Of a stretch of 64,000 nucleotides of DNA, positions 18,155 through 33,100 are shown one piece after another; the stretch's first letter is position 1, and every line of letters starts with the position of its first letter. The notes beneath the pieces are model-generated. The model saw only the letters and a list, made by a program, of their open reading frames with translations. It was not told the DNA's origin and searched no databases. A program made the translations under genes and the position numbers. Location: the NCBI GenBank assembly GCA_012800525.1, contig JAAZJD010000021.1, positions 15,402 to 79,401 on the forward strand, read 5' to 3'. This DNA comes from Clostridiales bacterium. GTDB lineage: Bacteria; Bacillota; Clostridia; Christensenellales; DTU072.

Positions 18155-21100
18155 TTAAATTGATGGCACTTCATCTCCTATAGGCTCTACGGTCGGATTT
18201 TTACTATATGCAGTATTAGGATAGATATACTTAAATAGGTTTGTATTTATAGATAAGGTTCTACTATAGATATTCTTTCCATTAGAATCAAATCCTGCAC
18301 CATAAAACTCTAAATCTAATTGCACTTCGCTCGCTTTAATGTGATGTGGTATTATAAAGGTCCTTGCTAGTTTAAAGCTTGCATATGGATATGCTCTTAT
18401 TAGTGAAAATTGTGTATAGAAAGATAGAATAAATGGCTCCATCAAAGTTCCTTTTCTTGTTCCAGCACCTTCACTTGGACCTGTATATGCTCTATTTAAT
18501 ACCCAATTATAAATTATTGAGGAAACCACAGTATCGACATTCATAATTGCATCATAGGTTTGTGCACTATCAATTTCAATTCTAGCACCATTGACAACAA
18601 CGCCATCTTTGAATATAACATTAGAAGTAATACTGGTGTTGCCTTTTCCAACAACTTCATTAAATATTGGATTAACTACCTCACCGCTAGGCACATTGTC
18701 AAGTTTTGCTTCAATAAAGCTACCCACGCTTGTGATTGTTTGTTCTGCTTGATTTTCAATTATTGTTTCTCCAATTAGCGCTCCTACAGTAATATTACCC
18801 TCTGTTTTTGCAAATATTTTTGATACTGAATAACTATTAGTAATATCTCCTCTTATTAATAAAGCAACTAAACCACCTACTGTTACTGCCTTGGTCTCTG
18901 CATGAGCACTAATTACACCTTCAAAGCTTGAATTTTCAATAATACCGCCATCTACTTGTACTGCAATTGGAGCAACATATGAACTATTGTTAGCTACTAC
19001 CGTTGTTTTTCTTAAATTCATTCCTGAAATTTTACCAGTTAATATATTAAACATCGCAGTATTTTGATTAGTTCCACTTGCTATAATGGTAAGACCGATT
19101 ATGTTAAATCCATTTCCGTAACAATTACCAGCAAAGCTTGAAATAGTACGTAACACTATGGGTCTACCTTTATATGAAGCGATTATATCAGATAATTGAT
19201 AATATGAAGGATGTCTACCAACTTGATAGTTATCCAATGTTGCTTTTAGGTTTTCGATATCATAAGAAAGATGATACAAATCTTCGCTCGAATCTAATTT
19301 GAACAAATAATTTTTATCTGCATCTTCAACATCTTGTAATCTAACTCCTGTTATTTGCAACACAGGTGCACGATACATATAATTGTGTTTATTTCTAGCA
19401 TTAGTTATTCTTATCCCTAATTTTGTTGAATCATTATTTTCATAATCTTTTGTACCTGCAAATCTCGTGTAAACATTAGAACTCATAGCATCATCAAGCC
19501 ATGCATTTTTCATTTCGAATGATGACGCAGATAAACTATCTGCAGCTAGTAGAGCTAAAAATTCAGCATTTGTCATTGGATACTCATCATCTGCTATCAT
19601 ACCAATACTGTTAATAGTTACATTTTTAGCATTTCCATTCTTTATAGAATATAAGTCTTGTAAAGCATAATTATACTCTAAAGAAAGCCATCTCTCATGA
19701 ATTGTATACGTTGCATCAGCTGTATCAACCGATACAATATAGTTAGTTACATTTTCCGCATCATAGGTTTTTAGTCCAGCTGCCACCATAATTTGATACT
19801 CCCCAGCATCTCTAGCATATTCACCTTCAACTGGATTAAGTTGGTAATCATTACCTCTAATATATATTCTTCCACTAAAATAATCATCTTCATAAATACC
19901 ATTAATTATTGCATTATCATTTGCTCCATCTTTTATAGATGCAATTACTTGAAGTCCCTCTGTTGTATTTATATGATTAGCCGAATTTAGCACTAAATCA
20001 AACCCCTCTCCATCATATCCTTTTACAATATTATCTTTAGTCAAAGTTATTGGTCTAGGTTTAACAACAAGAGGATTATTTTGATTTGAAGTAGGCTCAT
20101 ATATCTCGAAATTTTGCACTTCAGATTCATCATCAATGTCAAACAAATAATAATTTTGATGTGTGAATGCATTAAATACTATTTTTGAAAGATTTGCAGT
20201 AATATTTTTCTTTAATGTATCAACATAATCAGGATCGGTTCCTGTTCTTAAATATGAATTGATTGTTTCAATGCTAATTGTTACATTCTCTACATCACTT
20301 TCTATGATGTTATCAATTTCCCATAAATAACTTGAACCACCTTGTATTTGTGTGCTTCTATAAACATGTGCAATGCTTATTGGCATACCTTCAGCAGAAC
20401 CTGCTGTAGTAGTTGTTAATGTTGTTGATGTTGACACCAATGAGAATAAAGTAGAGCCATTATAGTATTTGTATAAATCTTGTGTTGTACCTTGTATAAT
20501 AGTTAATTGACGCTTAATTATTTCCCAATCTCTAAACCTGCTTGTATCTAATGAAGAATCTCCTGGTAATTTATAATTATAGTCGAACAAGTAACCACTT
20601 TGAGGTGTACCGCTAGACCAAATATTTCCATCTGTTAAAATGCCATCCTCTTCGACATCTCCACCTTTAATTCTTGTGATAGTTGATCTATATGTACCTG
20701 CATTTTTTTCTAAGTTTGCAGTTAAAACAATAGGAACTGTAACATCTAATAACCCATATCCTTGTGGTTGTACACCATGTTCATTTCCATCATAAACAAA
20801 AGGGTTTGTATCAATATACTCAACAGTTTGACCATTCCTAAACCACTTAACTAATAAATTTAATTTTTCAATTCTCGTTTGAACTGGAGAAAGTCTTAAT
20901 GTATAGTTTGTTGAATAATAATATAAATTGTCTTCATCTGCATCAAACTCTGCACTTATGCTATAATTACCAGCCATTCTAAACTCACCAGCAACTCCAC
21001 CATTAAATACATAGTCATTTACTGTTGTACTATAAGTATATTCACTTGAGCTTTTAGTTGTATCTTCATGAATTAACTTATTAGGGTCGATAAATAGATT

Positions 21101-24100
21101 AATCTTGTTAACTAGCACTCCTTCAACGAATATTCCATCTGTTCCAACAGAATTGATTTCTGCTTCTAAAGCACTATATTTATTTGTGCCATCAAAAATA
21201 ATGGAAGCTTGGTCTAGTGCTTTTTTACCTTGAACAGGAAGAGTAATATACCAAAGGACATCTCTAGTAATTTTCTTAATTTGAAGTTGTGCGATATCGC
21301 TAAATGAAGTATAATTTCCAGTTGCAGGTATTGTTGCTCTTAAGAAATAAAAGCCTGCATTACGAGCTGTTGTGCTTGTAAATGTATCATAATCATACCT
21401 ATCAGAATTTTCATGTACCCCACTATCATATACTACAACCTCATAAGTTATTACACCGCCTTCACCAGTATGAGTTAAAACTTTCCAATAACCCGTAGTC
21501 GATGGTACTAAATACTCATAAACAACGCTTGGAGTAGTTGAGTCAGGATAATAAATATTTTGGAATATATCATTAGGAGTTTCCTCATCTTGAGTTAAAT
21601 ACAAAAATACATATTCGCCTTTATAATCCATAGTTTTATCATAATATACAAACTCATCTGAAATGTCTCCCTTAGTAATAGTAACTGTTATAAAGCCCGA
21701 AATGCCATTGTAGTTGTCCGTTGCTAAAACAGTTGCTGTAATCGTATATTCACCCACATTCTTAACAGTATTACCACCTGCAAATTGAGAATCTCCTCCA
21801 CTATAAATTACTTGAATTTCTATAGTGGTATCATATTGATAATATATTGCTGTTTTTGTCGAACTAAATGCATTATCAGCACTTGTTGCAACTACATAAT
21901 ATGAATGCTCTTCGCCTTCCCAATAGCTAAATGTATCAGAACCATTAAAGAAAATATTATTAATATCAGCCTTTTCAACAATAATCTCTTTTACGGCATC
22001 ATTTAACGAATAGTTAAGCCTCATTTCAAAACCATCGCCATACACATGTGTAATTGAAGCAGTTAATGTATAAGTTCCTGCATTTTTAATTTGAGCTACT
22101 ACTTCACCACCAGTTCTTATAGTTATAGTTAGTGTCATTTTATTGTCAACGACTCCAGAAATAGCTGTATCTGTTCCAACAACTACAATTTTTGCATTAA
22201 TATTAGCACCTTGTTGAGCACCTATATAAACATACTTTAATACTTCCTCAACTGGAATTGGTAAATTAGCCCATTCAACATTTACTGATTTTGCAATAAT
22301 CTCTAAATCCTTTTCACTTTCAGCAAGTATAATATTATAATTGTTAACATATGGTTCGCCACCAGCATCAGTTGATGCACTGTTTATTGTTGCTTTTCCA
22401 GTATATTTTCCAACATTCCTAAATGCCAATTCATCACTGGTTCCATATTCATAATATTTAACAATTAAGCTTTCTTTTCCTTCATTTTCATCTGTTCTAT
22501 CATCACCAACTAACTCAAAATATGCTGTAGTAACATTTGTTGTTCCTGAATATACAATTTGAGTTTCGCCCCAAGTTACTGAAGCTGATCTTTTTGTTAT
22601 AGATACATTTGTTGTTACATTATCTATTGCGTAGTTTCCTGCATCATCTCCAGACAATGTAAACGTGATATAATTTGCAGCATTTACATTTTTGCTATTG
22701 AAGTAAGCATCAACATACAATGTGTCACCTGTATATATTCCAGCAAATGGCGTTGTAACAAAGCTTGTAATTCTATCATAGAAATCATTTCCGTTATATA
22801 CTTTTGTCCAAGTTGTTAAAGTTGGTTGTAGCTTATGAGCAGTAATTACCCCAGTCGTAACTTGAGATACGGTATAGTTAATGGAAGTCTCTGATGTTAC
22901 CTTGTCTAAGACTGCAAATGAAATTGTCTTATTAGTACCAACATTTTTATTTTGATATGTCGCAATTACATCAAACAATGTAGACTCATTAACATTGCTT
23001 TCATTGGTTACAAAACCTGAAACTGTAAAGGCATCATATTCAGTTGTTGAATCATAAACCTTTGTCCAATTAGAAGGTGAAGATGTTGATGTTACAGTAA
23101 GAGCTTTTTTAGTAATTACTAAATTTGCCTTATTTGCATTAGGACTTGTTGTATTAGGCCATGCGTTATAATTATCTCCACTACCGTGTGCATTTGTATC
23201 AACAGCAATTGAAGCTGTAATTGTATATGTGCCAGCATCTTTTTGTCCATTAAATGCACTTGGAGTTGGATTTTCAGGCGTGATAAAGGTATAAGTTACT
23301 TTAGCCGTATCTGTGCCTAATAGATTTATTGAGGTTGCATTGTTAGTATTTGAGACCGTACTACTTTCTGATACACCAATATATTGTGTATATCCATTAT
23401 ATTCATGTGTTCTCCCAACCATATACATGTTAATATCTGCTTTATCCATAAAGAGATATTGTATTTGCTCACTGCCAGTAAAGTCATAGTTGCTATGAGC
23501 AGCATCATTAACCCTAGCTTCGAATTTATAATATCCAGCAGAGAAGAAATCTCCAATTAAAATATATTGACTTGGATCACTACCACGAGAAATATCAAAA
23601 TCAATATTTCTCGTAGTTTGATCTACGGTTTGTTCATATTGAGCCATTTCATAATATGCATTCAGTTGATTTTTCTGACTAGCTCCGTTATATGTATAGT
23701 CTATTGGATCTCCATTTATATCATCAAACCCTACCCAAACTATTGTTGCTGTATAAGCTTTAATAGTTAAAATTGCTGTATATTCTTGAGTTATGTAGTT
23801 TTTGTTTTCAAGAGTTGCTTTAATATAGTATGTTCCTTTATTTCTAGCGCCATTAAATGCGACATTGTACACATCAGGTGTATTGGAATACATATATGTT
23901 ATGGCAGCGCTGTCTATTGTTGCAGCATTTTTGTATGGTCTAATGTCTAAAGAAGTTACTTTAGATGTTCCTAAAGAAGTTTCAGTACTTGTTGTTACTA
24001 CATTTAAGAAGTGTGTTGCACCATCGAAAGTTAATGAATCATTACCAGTTAAGCTATGCAAGTAAAATACTGTAGACTCATCAATATTGTTGTACATTGT

Positions 24101-27100
24101 AGCCTTGTTAATTGTCAATGTTGCTTGCAATGTAAGTTTTGTGTAGTTAGGATTGTATCCAGTTTTATCTGGGTCATTTAGTGTTGCTGTTATAACATAT
24201 TCTCCAGCTGATTTTGCCCTATTTTTATCTAAGTCACCAGTATATGTAATAGCCAAATCTTGTGGTGAAATTGTGTAATACAATGTAACCACAACACCAT
24301 GTTGAGTTGTATTTACAGGTTCAGCACTTTCCGCATTTACTAGCTCTACTATTTTTACTAGCCCATCATATGTATATGTGCCTTGTCCATCAAGTGATAG
24401 TCCAAGTATAGAAGAAACTGTTATAGTTAAAATTGCTTCTCCTACCCATGTGGTTTTACCAGAAGTTACATTATAGTTCAAATAACCATCTGTAATGTCA
24501 GTACTATCAATAACAGCTCTGATGTAATATGTACCAGCAGCAACCCCGCCTGTGAAAGCTACCCAACCACCAATATATGCAAAGCCTGCTTCATCTTGAG
24601 TAAAGGTATAAGTCACAGTAGCTGTATCGGAGCCTAAAAGTTGATACTCTGTTTGATTTGTTGAATTTGCAACTAAAGAAGATGTAGATGCACTTAAATA
24701 ATGTGTTTCAGTGTCATATGTCACGCTGTTATTTAACATATATAAAGCGATATCAGCTTTACTCATAGTTAGCTCTTTTTGGATTGCAATGAATATGTAG
24801 TTTGATGCAGCATCATTATTGAATGCAAACCTGTATCGCCCAGCATTTTTGAATATAAGAACGCTAACATAAGTGCCATCGTTATTTTGAGAATATGAAA
24901 TTTGTGGTGTTACAGTAACAACATAACCTCCATAAAGCACATCATCACCTATAGGAGTATAATATGACGTCAAAGATGATAATTGGTTTCCTCCATTATA
25001 TGTATAGCTTGCTTCAACATTAGGTTCAACCTCATATCCACTTAAAACTAGAGTAACTTGTTTAGGATTAATCGTTAAACTTGATGTATACACTTGCGAA
25101 ATATAGTTAGAGTTAGTTAGAGTTGCTTCAATATAATATGTACCTTTATTTTTTACACCATTGAAATCCATATTATAAAGTCCAGCAGTTGTGGAATATT
25201 TATAAGTAACGGTCGCTATATCCGTATGAACTTCTCCAACAGGAGAAATATTTAAACTTGTAACTTTTGAACTACCTAAACTGCTAGCACTTGAAGATGT
25301 AACAACATTGAGATACTGCAAATAGCTGTTGTAATCTGTTACTACAGCACCAAAATAGAATGTGCTAGATGTCCCATCTACATTATACATAGTAGCCTTA
25401 TTTATCACTAAATCTGCTGTAAGCGATAAAGTATTATAGTTTGCGGCATCTGCTCCTGTAGCATTCACGGTTGCTGAAACAACATAGTTACCAGCACTAA
25501 TAGCCCCTTTATCAGATGTTGTAGCTGAGTCCGTTGGATTAATTGAATATGAAACTGATACTGAAATTCCATGTTGTGTTTGATTAGCTGTAATTTCAAT
25601 CTCATGTAAATTACCATTGTATGTAACCGTTTTATCTTCTAAATCAATGTTCGTTATAGTTGCCTTATTAATTGTTAATGTAGCTTGCTTGTTCCATGGG
25701 ATGTAGTTAATCGCTAAACTTACACTTAAAGATATTTCTGCCTTAATATAATAAATTCCTGCATTTTTCCCACCATTAAATTCTAGCCAAGAACCACCAT
25801 AACTAAAGCCTTGTTCGTCTACAGTATATTTATAATCAATAGTTCCAGTATCACTGCCTAATAAATCTATTGACATAGGTCTAGTTGTATAAGGATCTGT
25901 ACATGGAAGTGTTGTAGATGTTCCAGCACTAATATAGTGGGTCGTGTTATCAAACGTTACACTACTATTTATAAAGGTGTAATCAATGCTTGCTTTTGCC
26001 ATTGTCTTTGTTCTTTGAATATCTCCTGCATCGAAAGTATAGTTTGCATTTGGTGGAGCTATGATAAATTGATAGTAACCAGCATTTTTAAATTCAGTAG
26101 CAGCGGACCACTCAAGCTCGGGTGACACTTTATAATTTATAGTTACAGATAATTGAATATTTGCACCACCATCGCCTGCGGCTTGCAAATATGTTGCAGA
26201 AATTTGGCTAGCTTGATTATATGCATTATATGTATACACGATATCATTTAAATCTCCATCAACAATACCTGACCAAGTTACTGTTGTCTTAAATGGCTTA
26301 ATTTCTAGTATTGCAGTTAACTCTAAGTCATTATAATTGCTGTTTCCTAACACCGCCTTAATTGAATAAGTACCGGCATTTTTTGCACCAGTAAAAGTAA
26401 TGTTGCTAACGGTGTATGTAATAGTTGCCGTATCTGCAGTAGCTAGAAGATTTGTGCTCGGATGAATGTTAATTGAAGTAACTTGAGAAGTAGATAAACT
26501 GCTTGCAGTACTTGTGGTGACAACATTTAAGAAATATGTATATCCATCATAAGTTTTTGCATCAGTGTTGTTTTTGCTGTGTAAATAATAATCACCAAGA
26601 CTTTGGTCATCATTGACATTATACATTGTAGCTTTTGCAATACCTAGAGTTGCATCTAAAACCAAATTGTTGTAGTTTGCGCCAGCTGTTATAGTAGCTG
26701 TAACTGTATAACTTCCAGCAGACATTGCCCTATTTTTTGTAAGTGCACTATAATCTAGAGCACTATCAAGAGGATTCATATTATATGAAACATTAATTGA
26801 TTCACCATATTGTGTTTCATTTGGATTATTAGTGTTTGTTATTTCAATTGAATGTATGGTTTTATCATAAACAGGTGTTGTATCATTTAAGAAAGTAATA
26901 TTTGCTATATCTGCTTTGCTAATAGTTAATATACCTTGTTTCTTCCAAAGATTATAGTTTTTGCTTTCTTCCCTAATTGCAATTATATTGTATATTCCTG
27001 CATTTTTGTTACCCATAAACTGATCTGCTCTATCGCCAGTTAGTCCCGATGAATATGGCTCTACTGTATCTCCAATAATATAACTACCAGTTGCGGATAA

Positions 27101-30100
27101 TACATAATATTGTATGGTCCAAGTATCACTTCCTAACCCTGTATGCTCGGTTGTATTTGTTGAAGAAATATATGCACCACTATAGTCAGCTATTGTATTT
27201 GCTGATAAATAATATGTTGTGTTTGTATAACCAACTGACCTATTACCAAATAATAAACTTACATTTGCTTTTAGCATTCTTAATGCTTTAACATCATTTG
27301 TCAATGTATAGTTGGGATTTGGTGTTGCAACATTGAAATTATAATAACCTGCATCTTTAAACTCTGATGCTGAGAGATACGTTCCCCCCAAAGTCTCTGA
27401 ATATGTATATGAAATTGTTAAATTAGTAGTTCCACCATCTGCAGCCAGTGCATCAAAACTAGCAGTTACACTACTACTTTGAGAGAATCCATTATAAGTA
27501 TATGTGCTTCCTAAACCTGTCCAATTTACTGCTCTTTCTAGCTTATTGATAGTTAATATAGCATTTAATTCATAATCATTGTAGTTTGAATTTTGAATTA
27601 TTGCCTTAATATTATAACTTCCTGCATCAGTTACTCCAGCAAAAGCAGTATATGTGCTACCAGTCGTTAATTTATATGTATAAGTTGCAATACCTGTTTC
27701 AGTAGGAGTCAAAGATGTGTTGTTTGCTGGAACTATATTATAGCTAGTTACTTGACTATTTGATAGGCCTGAAATATTTTGAGCTTGGATATTTAAATAA
27801 TGCTTTGTTGCACTATAATCTGTTGTAGCATCTAACAAATAAAATGTACTGGAGTTTCCGGTTATGTTATACATAGTGGCTTTAGTTATTTTCAATGTCC
27901 CTTCAATGTAAGTCTCATTGTAGTTAATATCAGTGCCACCCAAATTAAATGTTGCCCTAATTGTATATGTTCCTACATTTTTTGCTCCATTTGCTGGTAC
28001 ACCTACACCAACATCTGGTGGTGTCGTTGTATAATTTACTGTTGTTACCTCATTAAATTGAGTGGTATTTTTTGTAACAGTAACTAATTGATATGCACCA
28101 TTATAAGTATATGTACCTGTGCCTTGTAAAGTAATGCCCGTGATATCTACTTTATTTATAACAACTGTCGCATTTTTATTGTCCGAAACATAGTTTGAAC
28201 CACCACTTATTGCAGCAAAAATTTGATATGATCCAGCATTTTTAATTGTTGTTGAAGTAAATGGGGAGGCATTTGCTGGATATCCACTTCCAGAGTTATA
28301 TTTATATGTATATGTAACTGTTCCCGTATCTGAACCTAGTAAAGCTACAGATGTATTTAAAGTATAGCTTACTTCGTCTACTGTGTTTATACCAATTGCA
28401 TGATATGCAGCATCATAATATTGTATATAACCTACAAAGTATAAGCTTAAATCACTAATGTTTTTCTTATTTATAGTTAACACAGCAGTTAGCACTAAAT
28501 CATTATAGTTTTGATTAGTTAATGTCGCTTGTAAATAATAAGTGTTCGCATCCTTAACACCGTTAAAGTTAGTATCATAAACGCCAGCAGTTGTTGAATA
28601 TTTATATGAAATATTAGCAACATCACCAGAATAAGGTGGGTTTAATACTACACCTGTAGGTTTAATGTCTAAAGTTACTTTCTTAGAGGAACCAATGGTA
28701 GTAGATTCAACATTTAAGTACATTAGATTTGATGAATATGTTTCAGTTTGATTTGCATAAGTAATAGTGCTACCATCAGCTTTGTTTACCATATTAGCTT
28801 TATTAATTGTTAAAGTTCTAGAAACTACAAAATCTTTATAATTTGTATTTACTGTTGCAGTAGTTACAATTGTATAAATACCAGCATTTGTGGCGCTATT
28901 TCCAGATACTCCATTTATTGTCTGAGTAACACTAATTGCATCTCCTAAACCAGTATTTCCTGGTGGACTAGGAGTATATCCAATACTGTGTGCACTTCCA
29001 TTGTATGTCACTGTTTTATTTGCCTCTACAGTAATTTCAGTAATATCTTTTTGTAGGATCTTTAAGTTTGCTTCAGATTGATATGCATTATAGTTAGCGC
29101 TTGCAGCAATCTCACCTTTTACAATGTAGTAAGAAACATCTCCGCCGCTAATATGTACAGTCGTTGCACTATTTCCAGATGTAAATGATGCTTCGCCATA
29201 TCCTTTAATCTCATAGTTGATGGTAGCTGAATCACCAAATTGAGTGTTAAATGTATAACTTGTTCCAACCGATTTAATTTCAGTTCCATTTACAACTAAT
29301 GTGATAGGATGTGCATTTTTATCATATGTATACTCTTCACCTTTTAGTGAAATATTGGTGACACTTGCTTTGTTGATTGTCCAATCAAAGTATACGTTTA
29401 AAGAACCTACTATTGTATAGTCAGTATTTGAAACTGAAGCAATTTCCGCCCTATATTCGCCAGCATTTTTTGCACTAACAGCATATACTCTACTATTTGG
29501 AGCAGGTGAACTACCAGTAGTTATATATGTTATATTAACTACATCGCCACTAACAACATTTGTAAAACTAGCAGATATATTTCTCGTAGTATTATTATAG
29601 GTATAACTTGCTAAGCCATTCCAGCTAATTACTAAAACACGAGGTTTAATTTCCCACTCAAAATCTCTACCTGAACTTGAAAGCACATAGTTGCCTGATT
29701 TAGATCCAGCTATACTTAAAGCTCTAGATAAATATTGATTTGCACTTGTTGCTTTACTATATAAATATCTTCCGGTAGCTAATGTGCCACTATTATCAAA
29801 CACGATATATACATCAGAAGCATCACCAGTTAACACACCTACTAATGTACCCTCTACAGTTTTTTGGGTTTTGTCATAATTATAGCTTGAGGTTTGTGAC
29901 GACCAATCGATTGTTAATGTTATAGGTGTAATTTCAAAAGTTTGTTGTAGCGTGCCTACTAATTTATAGTTAGTATTATCTAATGATAAAATTCTTACTA
30001 TGTACGTATCTACATTTACACCTGTTGCATAATAACTAGTTGAATTATTTAATGAAACCGTGCTATCTAATTGTTTTTTAACAAACGCACCTTGATAGTT

Positions 30101-33100
30101 AGTTTGCGCTTTGACAGTATCAGTTCCAATAACATCATCTGTAGATACTGTAAATCCATGCTCGCTTGCATCATACATAGCCTTGTTTGTCGCATCCAAT
30201 GACACTTTTACCCAATCAAATTCAATAGAAGCTTGATTGATTTGTAAAATAGCACTTAAAGGTAATACATTGTAGTTATCTCCAGCATCAACTGTTGCTT
30301 CAACAGTATAATATGAAACAGCGTTGTTATAAATATGAACATTTTTAGCACTATTGCCAGTTTGTTTCAAGCCACCATATGGAGTAATTTCATATGTTAC
30401 TGATATTGGATCACCATACTGAGTTACTGTTTCTACAACAGCAATAGAGTGATTATTTCCATCGTATGTTACTGTTTTGTTAGATAGAGTAACATTTGTA
30501 ATATCTGCGACTCTTATTTCCCAATCAAATGTTAAATTAGAAAGTGTCCCCGTTAAAGTATAGTTGGGATTAGTTACGCTTAAAACTTTTGCTCTATACA
30601 CACCAGCAATGGTAGCTGCATTATATAATTCTCTACTATTTTCTATATTTCCTGTATTGTCATATGTAAATGTCAACACATCACCACTTTCCAAATTGCT
30701 AATTTGAGCTACAACAGATTTTTGTGTCTTATCATAGAAATAAATAGTTTGCCCTACCCATGTAAATTCAGCAACTTTTGCTTTGATTTCCCAATTGGTA
30801 TTCATAACTGTTGCACTTGCTAACTTATAGTTTGCACTATCAGCACCCGTTAAAGAAACAATTCTTGAAGTATATAAGCCTGCATTTGTTGCTCTACTCT
30901 TAGACATTCTTCCGCTCAAAACATTTCCCGAATTATCAAAAGTTATTGAAACTGTATCAGGAGTTCCGCTCTTTGTGACAATATTGCTTAAAGTTCCTTC
31001 TACTTTTTCTTCAGTTTTTGAATATGTAAATTGAGTTTGAGCATCCCAAGTAAATGTAAGCTCTCTTCTACTAATAGTTAAAGATTTTAATGTGTTGCTT
31101 AATGGTAAAGCGTAGTTATCGTTATCGTCTACAGAAAGAATTGAAATTGTATACCCTGAGTCAAGGGCTAAATTAGATTTAAATGTAATCGCAGTAGCAT
31201 TTCCAAATAATGTTCCTGCACTTAAATTGGATTGAATGTTTGTACTATTTAATGAATAATTTAAACTTACTTGATCTGCACCGATTATTCCAGTAACTGT
31301 TAAAACCTTGCCATAATAATCTTTATCATATGAGACACTGATTGCAGCATCTGCTGTAAGCTGAGTAGAGCCAGTTACATAGTCTTCAAAATAATTTTGC
31401 CAAGCAAAGCTTAGTGTTTTTGCTATTATTGACCAATCTTGTGTTAAAGCTCCCGATATAACATAGTTAGCTGCGTCGTCTCCTGTAAGAGTGCTTGAAA
31501 TTCCTGCTGTATAATTACCTTTATTTGTTGCAGTATTAGTATAGTTTGTATCCCAACTTATAGCTACATCATCTCCAGTGATTGTATTATTGATTGTAGG
31601 TAAAGCTGGCCCTTGGGAAGCACCGTTATATGTAAAGGTGGTTGTGCTCCATTGTAGAGTAACTTCTCTTTGTAAAATATCCCAATCTTGTGTAAATCCA
31701 GTTGGATTTGATGTTAAATCTAAATGATAATTACTATTTCCAGAAATCTGATCTATTGTAACAGAATAATGACCTGCTAACGTAGCTGTTATTCTATATT
31801 TTCCACTGACAAATTCAAGTAGCATGGAAGGACTTCCGAGCGTTGGGTTTATAGTAACAACATCACCAGTAATTATATTTACAAATGTAACTATTACACC
31901 ATGTTTATTTGTATCATAAATGTCTTCATAGCCACTAGCTGTTGTTGTAGGAGCAAATGAAATAGTTAATCCTCTTGTATTAATTTTGAAACCTTTGGAT
32001 TGATGTGCACTATTTATAGTGTAATTATTTGCAGCAGTAGTTCCATTTAATGATATTAGTGATGCGCTAGCAGTATAACTATCAGCATTGACCTTTGAAT
32101 TATTTAGATAGGCTATTCCAACATCGTTATAATCGACAGCGTATATTTTACCATCACCAGTTGTTAACCCACCACTTGCAAGTGTTCCATATATTGTTTT
32201 TGTTGTTTTATCATATGTTGTTTCAAAATTAGAATCAAAACCATGACCTGCAGTTGTATGCCACGTTAAATCTACTGTCTTAGGAGTAATCTCGAAACTT
32301 GAAGATGTTGAAGTTAGTGTATAATTTGCATTGTCAGTTGAAGTATCAATAGCTAATCCATTAATAGCTATTGTTCTAATCCCAACATTTCTTCCGAAAA
32401 AGTCATATGAGCCTTCTCCTGAAGCATCACCTACAACGGGAGTACTTAATACATTAGCATTGACAAATTCACCTGTTAAAACACCTGTCAACTTGATGGT
32501 GTCACCAGTGATAATATTTGATATAGTCAAAATCTTTCCAATATTGTTTGCTGATGAATATATTGCCTTGCTACTTGCATCTAAATTGTTTGATGTCCAT
32601 GCTAACACTAATTGTCTTTGTGTAATATTCCAGTTAACTGAATAAGTTGTTGACCCAAGAGTATAGTTAGAAGCAGCACTGCCACCCAATGAATCTATCT
32701 CAACGGAATAATTACCTACATCGGCTGCTGATGAAACACTGCTTCCAGTATATGTAGCTGTTACATCATTAGAATCTGAGGTATAAACACCAATTAAGTT
32801 TGCTTTTACATGATGAGTAGTCCCATCATATGTAAATGTTTGCGGAGTCGACCATGTTGCAGTTATTGCTTTAGGGGTTATTCCAAGATCAGTGATATCT
32901 GAAGTCGTAAGAATTGTTTTGACATCATCAACAGCTCCCTCAATGTCATCTGGATTCCTGTAATCATTAAAGTATGTGAAATCGCCAAGATGTACAATAT
33001 AATTTGCTGCAGACGTTCCAGTCAAGATAAATTCGATTTCATCAGCGGATACCACATCTTTTGAGTTATATGCTGCAGAATAATTAACAGTATCTCCTGT

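Noticed and set aside
18155-18400. A C-terminal cell-wall sorting signal or other anchor on the giant protein
   Set aside because: The last ~80 aa contain no LPXTG-like motif followed by a hydrophobic stretch and basic tail, and no recognisable wall-binding repeats.
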